Source: Mayamaea pseudoterrestris (taxonomy: Eukaryota). Taken from it: a stretch of 64,000 nt of DNA. Made by a program: the position numbers and the translations under genes. Shown one piece after another: positions 58,141 through 64,000 of the stretch; within the stretch, counting starts at the first letter, position 1; every line of letters starts with the position of its first letter. The stretch lies in NCBI GenBank assembly GCA_027923505.1, contig BROI01000015.1, forward strand, positions 558,001 to 622,000, in the 5' to 3' direction. The notes below the pieces were generated by a model. It had not been told where the DNA came from and ran no database searches. It worked only from the letters and a program-made list of their open reading frames with translations.

Positions 58141-61100
58141 ATGACTAGTCGCGCTCAGTTATTCAAGTCGTTCAAGCCCCGTGGTCGCCATAGCAGTAAG
58201 CATGAGAGTTCCGACGAGGAGGATGACGATCCTCAACGCAAGCAGCGGTCGGGAAGCTTGCGACGAGCGGCCAACGCAGTCAGTAACATGACACGAAAAA
58301 TGGGAGCGTCATCAGATGATGATGACGATGATAATGATGATGTCATTCATCAAGATTACGGCGACAGAAGAATCGTTCAGGAGGAAAAGCAAGCCGTTGA
58401 TTCTGCCGACGATGATCCCTTTCGTCGTCGGCCTCCTGTTACCACAAGCACTAATCGCTCCACCAGACGTCCGTCTCGGTCAGCAACCACCAAGACCAAG
58501 GCTGCAGCGGGGGACCGAGAGCGTCACATTTACGACTATCTTCCGGACCAATTTCTCCACCAACCAAAGCAAGCGGAACCAATTCTCTACTTTTTGCCAA
58601 AACTCTTGGCCATTCACCATCGGGCTCGCACTGGGGCTGGCGAAACACCGCAGGACATGACAGGAGCCGCCCAGGGATTGCCGCTGCTGAAGCTTTTGCA
58701 GGCGGCCGAGGAGGATGTTCGTCTGCATCGGGCTCGCGTGCAGGCTGGTGTTTCGCATGATCCCCGACTGGTCCGCACCTACAAGCTCACGGATGATGCT
58801 CACTACCGGGAGCGACAGGAACGACTCGAGCAGCGACTTGCGCTTATTCGAGAGTTGGAGGAGCAAGCTGAAACTATTTTGAAGAACTTGGACGAGTCGG
58901 CGCCACAGAGCGCAAGCAGCAACACGCAGGGAATGACCATGGCGGAACTTACGGAGAAGCAGCTGCAGCACTGGCAGCGAGCCTTGGAACTATACGTTTA
59001 TGCGCCTAGTCAAGATGGTGCGTCCAGTGCTGCTCGACAGGCTCGTAGATTGGACTGGCAGCCGCTCTTTGAGCAATTACTTGCTGGGGTGGCGGACGAT
59101 CAGGACATGGCAGATATTTTGGGACAGGCGTCGGACATGTGCGAGCAATTAGTCTTGTCAACTCGTCGGATGGTCCAGGACGCAGCAGAAACTGTTCGTG
59201 AATATGAAACGGCTCATGTCATTCGTCTCGAGGCGCATCAACTGTTTGCGCGGGGATGCTTGCAGCAGGTGCGTGACATTGAGGATCAGTTCAGAAGCTC
59301 GGGCCGGGCTGCATTACAGATTGGTCATCAGCTGGAACATGCCGAGCTCAAGCGGAGTCAGTGCGAAGCGGCCAGCGTCTTGATTCGCCGGTGGTGGATT
59401 TTGGAAGCGTTGGCGGAACAGGAAGCTGCAACTGGAACTCTTATTGACGTGGAGCAAGAAATTGTCATGGGATCCGTTCCGGCCCGTGCCTGCAAGTTGG
59501 ATCAATTATTTACACAGCCCGAGAACTCGCTACATGCCGCGAGGGCATTAAAATCACTGCGTGCTGTGGTGCGGTCGAAGGGTAGTTCAGTGGCGGCTGG
59601 CGGATCAGCCGTTGCAGGAGGAACAAGTGGTGTTACCAACACGGATAAATCGTCGTCTAGAAGATTTGCGTTGACGGCGTCTTTAATTACAAGAATTAGC
59701 GACGCTCTAGAGAAACGCCTCTTGGATGCTTTCACAAGAGTCTATAAGGCTGGAGGCACGTACGACTTTTCAGCCAAGCAGAAACCCGGTTCAATCGACT
59801 GGCGCGAGTTACGTTCCCTGGCGCAGGCACTCTTGTTCTTTGATTCAGCTAGAAGTTTACACAAGCGTTTCATTGACATGGTTGTCTCCTCGAGATTTCC
59901 GGAACTGTTTCGAGAGAAAGAAAATGCTGCCGAGTTTAACATGGATGCCACCCGCAGCAAGCTCTCAGCTTTGTTCCATAAAGTCAGTGACGTGTGCACA
60001 GCCGAATTCGAACTAATTGCTCATGTTTTTGGCTCGGACGAAGTCGGAGGGAGCCGCACAGACCTGTTGGAAGGCAGTGAGGAAATGCATTTGGTGGTCG
60101 CCCGAGCACTGTTGCAGAGAGTTGTCAGTGATCCGAGCAATGGCCTGCAAGCTCGCATTAACGATCTGCTGTCGAGTATCGATCGGGAAGGAGACTTTGA
60201 GGCCGGCGCAAAGAAGCTTGATACATTTGTGGTAATCCACGAAAAAGCAGCCGGACTGTTTAGCTTATTAAGAGACGCTGCAGACAAAATGCTTCCCGAC
60301 GAAGATGACGTGCCTGATGGGCTTCAGTCGGAACACATTCTTGCTGCCCGACATGCTGTCGAGTCGCTCAAGGGATTTTTAACATCGCAGGAATTAGCGC
60401 TTTCAAATACACATCGCCAAGGGTATATTAATTTGGAGTTGCGATTATTGCATCATCATTGCTGCAATGGATTAGACCAGGCTGGATGTACCCTGGTAAA
60501 GGGACCGCCGCCACGCCCGAATACTAGCCTCGCTGAAAAGGGCATTCTTGAAGAGTATAGAGCTCCAGTGATGCCATTGTACAAGGACACCCTGGCAAGA
60601 AGTGGTTTTACAGGTATTCTATCTGGTCCATTGAAGCAAAGTGTCCTGCGACAACCGTTAATATGTGCGACGGATTCCTTGTCGAGGGCCAGACTCATGT
60701 TTGGAACTGGAAAAAGAGGCGATACCACCGCTCGAGTGGTCATGTGTATCTATACGCAAATATGCTCCTTCTATGGTGAAGGCTTGCTATACCCAATCAT
60801 GGAAACGCTTCGAGAGATGTTGCCGTCGAGTGCGCCTACGCAGCCGCCACAGCTTCCTTTCGACGAGGAAATGGAAGCTCCGGATCTAGGCGTCCAACCA
60901 GCCTTCTGGGTTGCGCTGGAGCGAGTTCACTCGGCAGCCAAAGCGTTTGACAGGGAACTTTGGGCCGAGAACCGCGTGGATGGTCACCGAGTTTGGGAAA
61001 CTCTTCGGGAATGTCACGACAGTGCTTCGCTCGCCATTGCTCGAGATGAGCGCCTCCACTTTTATACGGAACTGGAGCGTCGAGGTGAGGCGGCCATACT

Positions 61101-61785
61101 TCAAGCTTTAGACACTATTAGTGCGCACATTCAGTGGGTTCTGGTGGCTGGGGGTGAAGCAATGCTTGCGACGGGTGGTACCCGCATTTTCAACCAGCTG
61201 ACTGGTCAGTCCGGTGGACCGTATGCCATTCCCTCAGGGTCGTCACTCGAGACACCCAACTCCCCCGCTGTGAAGTCATTGACCTACTGCCTTCGGGTAC
61301 AATTTGTGCACGTGCAAGCAGCACTGACTCCTCAATCATTGGCCAGCTTTTGGACCGCACTTTCTATGCGACTATATGATATTCTCGTGGCGCGTCTGCT
61401 GCAGCATTACACGGTCACGACGGTTGGTGCCGTAATCTTGTCTCGCGACGTTGAAGCATTGCGGAGTGTTGCCATGTTGGCTGGAACTGACCACGAACAT
61501 TGGGACATGCTGCGCGAACTCTTGACATTGTTCATGACGCCTCCGGATGCCATCAAGGCCATGCTCATTGGTCCAGAAGGAGAGACTTCTAAGGGACTAT
61601 TTGCAAAGGCTGGACGCGACAAGTGCTTGGTATTTCTCAGCCGACGGAACGACTACCGATACAAGACAGCTGCTGGCTTAAAGAAGAGTGGCTGGGTGTC
61701 GGAGCTATTGAGCGAGTTGAACACGACGGATCCGACAGACCATCACGTGAACATTGGTCTTTTTGCGGCGGGACGCCGAGCATGA
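58141..61785 (+). CDS. SEC10: Exocyst complex component Sec10-like
   Basis: Coiled coil ALQIGHQLEHAELKR, EFELIAHVF, and C-terminal YTVTTVGAVILSRDV typical of Sec10/EXOC5. Confidence 0.75.
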   Translation: MTSRAQLFKSFKPRGRHSSKHESSDEEDDDPQRKQRSGSLRRAANAVSNMTRKMGASSDDDDDDNDDVIHQDYGDRRIVQEEKQAVDSADDDPFRRRPPVTTSTNRSTRRPSRSATTKTKAAAGDRERHIYDYLPDQFLHQPKQAEPILYFLPKLLAIHHRARTGAGETPQDMTGAAQGLPLLKLLQAAEEDVRLHRARVQAGVSHDPRLVRTYKLTDDAHYRERQERLEQRLALIRELEEQAETILKNLDESAPQSASSNTQGMTMAELTEKQLQHWQRALELYVYAPSQDGASSAARQARRLDWQPLFEQLLAGVADDQDMADILGQASDMCEQLVLSTRRMVQDAAETVREYETAHVIRLEAHQLFARGCLQQVRDIEDQFRSSGRAALQIGHQLEHAELKRSQCEAASVLIRRWWILEALAEQEAATGTLIDVEQEIVMGSVPARACKLDQLFTQPENSLHAARALKSLRAVVRSKGSSVAAGGSAVAGGTSGVTNTDKSSSRRFALTASLITRISDALEKRLLDAFTRVYKAGGTYDFSAKQKPGSIDWRELRSLAQALLFFDSARSLHKRFIDMVVSSRFPELFREKENAAEFNMDATRSKLSALFHKVSDVCTAEFELIAHVFGSDEVGGSRTDLLEGSEEMHLVVARALLQRVVSDPSNGLQARINDLLSSIDREGDFEAGAKKLDTFVVIHEKAAGLFSLLRDAADKMLPDEDDVPDGLQSEHILAARHAVESLKGFLTSQELALSNTHRQGYINLELRLLHHHCCNGLDQAGCTLVKGPPPRPNTSLAEKGILEEYRAPVMPLYKDTLARSGFTGILSGPLKQSVLRQPLICATDSLSRARLMFGTGKRGDTTARVVMCIYTQICSFYGEGLLYPIMETLREMLPSSAPTQPPQLPFDEEMEAPDLGVQPAFWVALERVHSAAKAFDRELWAENRVDGHRVWETLRECHDSASLAIARDERLHFYTELERRGEAAILQALDTISAHIQWVLVAGGEAMLATGGTRIFNQLTGQSGGPYAIPSGSSLETPNSPAVKSLTYCLRVQFVHVQAALTPQSLASFWTALSMRLYDILVARLLQHYTVTTVGAVILSRDVEALRSVAMLAGTDHEHWDMLRELLTLFMTPPDAIKAMLIGPEGETSKGLFAKAGRDKCLVFLSRRNDYRYKTAAGLKKSGWVSELLSELNTTDPTDHHVNIGLFAAGRRA

Positions 61786-62081
61786 GCGAGGAAAAAAGTT
61801 AAAAAAGTGGCGCTCGGACGTGCTTCACGTGTATAGATGCTTACTTTTATTAAAGTTGACAGTATGTATACATTGAAAGAGCTGTCATATGTAAGCAAAA
61901 CTTTTCTAGAGTATTTATAGAGACGGTGGCAAGTCTTGCAGCTGTATGAATTATTGTAAGATTGAGCGAGGCTTCAAAATTGGTATGCTCGCTCATGTTG
62001 ATGTCATTGAAATGTTGAATATAGATATGATGGTATTGCGCAAGCCCGCAGGCCACACAATGCCGCTTGTAGCAGTGCAGC

Positions 62082-62699
62082 TCATACAGTCAGGCTTTTG
62101 AGAGCATCCCGCAAACGTTCCGTCTCGTTGGAAGATTCACGCGGCAAAATCTTTGAGCCCAAGACGAAAATTGGCAGTATCGTCGAATCGGCTTGCGTGG
62201 GTGGCGAAATGGACCGCAGGCGCTGTCGCTTAATCTGCGGCACCGGATAAGGATCTCCAGTCACAACTCGAGTCTGATGCGGTAGTGACTTGGTATGCCG
62301 CGATTGCGTGCCACCATTGGTAACGGATGTATTACAGGATGATGTCTCATCTTGCATCAAAATGTCCACAAAGTGTCCCCATGGTGAAGTCGAGGCCAAA
62401 GATTCACAGCAGTTATCAAGTGAGTCAAGTCGTACTCGAGGCGCCGGAGAAACTTCCAAATCTGCCAAGCACGGGGTCGGAGATGCGCGCTTCAGCAAAG
62501 CCTTGGACTGCATGGAAGATGTATCCAAGCAGCTGCTGCTACTGCTACTCGACGCTGTCACGTTGTTTGTTTGCATGTCTTCGTCTGACACTTGACGCGG
62601 TGTCGCCCGGGAAATGGATTCCATGGCTTCACCAGGCTTACTGAGGAGCATGAGATTTGACTGCCGGCGTTGGCGTCGGACGAGAGAATTCTTCGGCAT
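62082..62699 (-). CDS. Hypothetical Ser-rich protein with a SPWGHFVD motif
   Basis: 205-aa ATG-initiated ORF, mostly disordered. Confidence 0.6.
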   Translation of the reverse strand: MPKNSLVRRQRRQSNLMLLSKPGEAMESISRATPRQVSDEDMQTNNVTASSSSSSSCLDTSSMQSKALLKRASPTPCLADLEVSPAPRVRLDSLDNCCESLASTSPWGHFVDILMQDETSSCNTSVTNGGTQSRHTKSLPHQTRVVTGDPYPVPQIKRQRLRSISPPTQADSTILPIFVLGSKILPRESSNETERLRDALKSLTV

Positions 62700-63793
62700 G
62701 GTATAGTGTTAATGTAACGGAGAGAAGCTGTCGAGGTGAATATGAGAGAAAATTTCTTTTCGCGCAACAATTCTTTGATGGCAAGCTAATCAACACCAAG
62801 ATACGTGAGTGTAATCGAGACAAATATTGGGTTTGCCCCTCCGAGGCATCAACACGAACGAAAGTGTCGGCTTTGACACTCATCTTTGAAGGCATCAACA
62901 CTCGTGCGCGCCTTGGCATCGGCATCAATGACGATGCACCTCGTTGATGGCGAGGTTCGTCGCGACCGTCAGTCGTGCTTTCCTTGCCGGTCATTGATTG
63001 ATAAAGACTTAGTTATACCCTACGAACTTTATGACGTAGATCCGGAAATATGTCACATAAGGTTCAAGATATTATTCTATCGCACCGGTACTTACAGTTC
63101 CGAGAAACTGCTTGCAACACGCGGCATTATCGAGCCCCTTCTGCTTCCATTGGCCATGAGCATGCTCGCATGAACGACGATACAATAGACAATAAGGCTA
63201 CTCACCAGAATATGAGCTACTCAACTCCTCGTCCCATTCACAATCTGCATCGAGAAATTAGGTCAACGCCGGATGAAGCAGAGCCGACTTACAGCTTTGA
63301 AAGGGAATCCTTTCTCCTTGCGTCACCCGAACTCGAAAAGGAGGATGAGTTTCACCGGAGATTGCAGCATGCTACCCATAAGACAACTGGAGGTGGCGGC
63401 GGCGGAAATGTTAATGCAGCAAACACAGCAATCAATAGCGGCGGTGGAAGTTTTTGGAGAAGCAGCAGCGCCGAGTCGTCGCAACCTTTGTTTACTAGTG
63501 CTGTGCAGCACACACCTACTCGCACTAGCAACAACACTGTTAACATCGAAACAAAAAAGAGTAAGAGTGCTGGACTCTTGTCTGCGGCTCTTTTAGATGG
63601 CAATTTTAAAAATAATAATGATCATGGAAGCATGTCAACGGTGCGTAGAAGAAAGGGGAACAGAAATTTTCTGTTCGCAAGCTTCATTCCTCATTCGATT
63701 ACTTTTTTGTCACCTTTGCAGCCAACTCCGTTCATAGCAAATCAAAGTCCTGAGCAGCATCATACCTATCGTCGGAACGATTCATCGGTTTCG

Positions 63794-64000
63794 ATGAGTA
63801 GCGCTTCGTCCAGGGGCGACAAGAAGGGAGTCACAAAGCAACGACTTTCTGATCGACGAAACAAGCTGGATGCGCTTTCGAATGAATTTGATATGGGACA
63901 TATCATTGACGAAGACTTGGAACACGTCAACCATGAAGGGAATGAGCATGTAATGCAGCTACCGAATTTTGCAGAGATTAGTCCAGTCAGTGTTCCGCTG
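63794..64000 (+). CDS. Partial CDS running off the right edge
   Basis: MSSASSRGDKKG...SPVSVPL is open to the window end; may have an upstream exon (candidate acceptor at about 63721). Confidence 0.5.
   Translation, partial: MSSASSRGDKKGVTKQRLSDRRNKLDALSNEFDMGHIIDEDLEHVNHEGNEHVMQLPNFAEISPVSVPL

Noticed and set aside
62700..63700. Short ORFs in the spacer near the right end
   Set aside because: Mutually overlapping with no recognisable motifs; probably UTR or promoter sequence.

Overview
Gene-dense eukaryotic DNA (about 50% GC, short GT-AG introns). Bipartite signal-peptide + 'F' plastid presequences and the gene families present point to a diatom or close ochrophyte. About 29 protein genes are supported, mostly housekeeping (COPE, NDUFAF6, plastid S15, ALG9, ASD, RUVBL2, LeuRS, p47/UBX, IspH, BET3, TrmH-like, Sec10), plus two head-to-head heat-shock factors and a HEI10-like RING protein. 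A Ty3/gypsy LTR retrotransposon (about 4098-9230, minus strand) sits 73 bp upstream of COPE. Its gag and pol are in one frame separated by a single UGA inside a hairpin, it has no recognisable tRNA primer-binding site, and its 5' LTR is degraded. The most unusual host gene is a 1495-aa ROCO-type protein (degenerate Roc GTPase + COR + Cys/His Zn module) fused to an apparently intact trypsin-like serine protease, about 3 kb from an effector-less STAND ATPase: a candidate innate-immunity or cell-death module. No rRNA, tRNA or CRISPR was found by eye. All family assignments come from motif recognition; no database searches were run.
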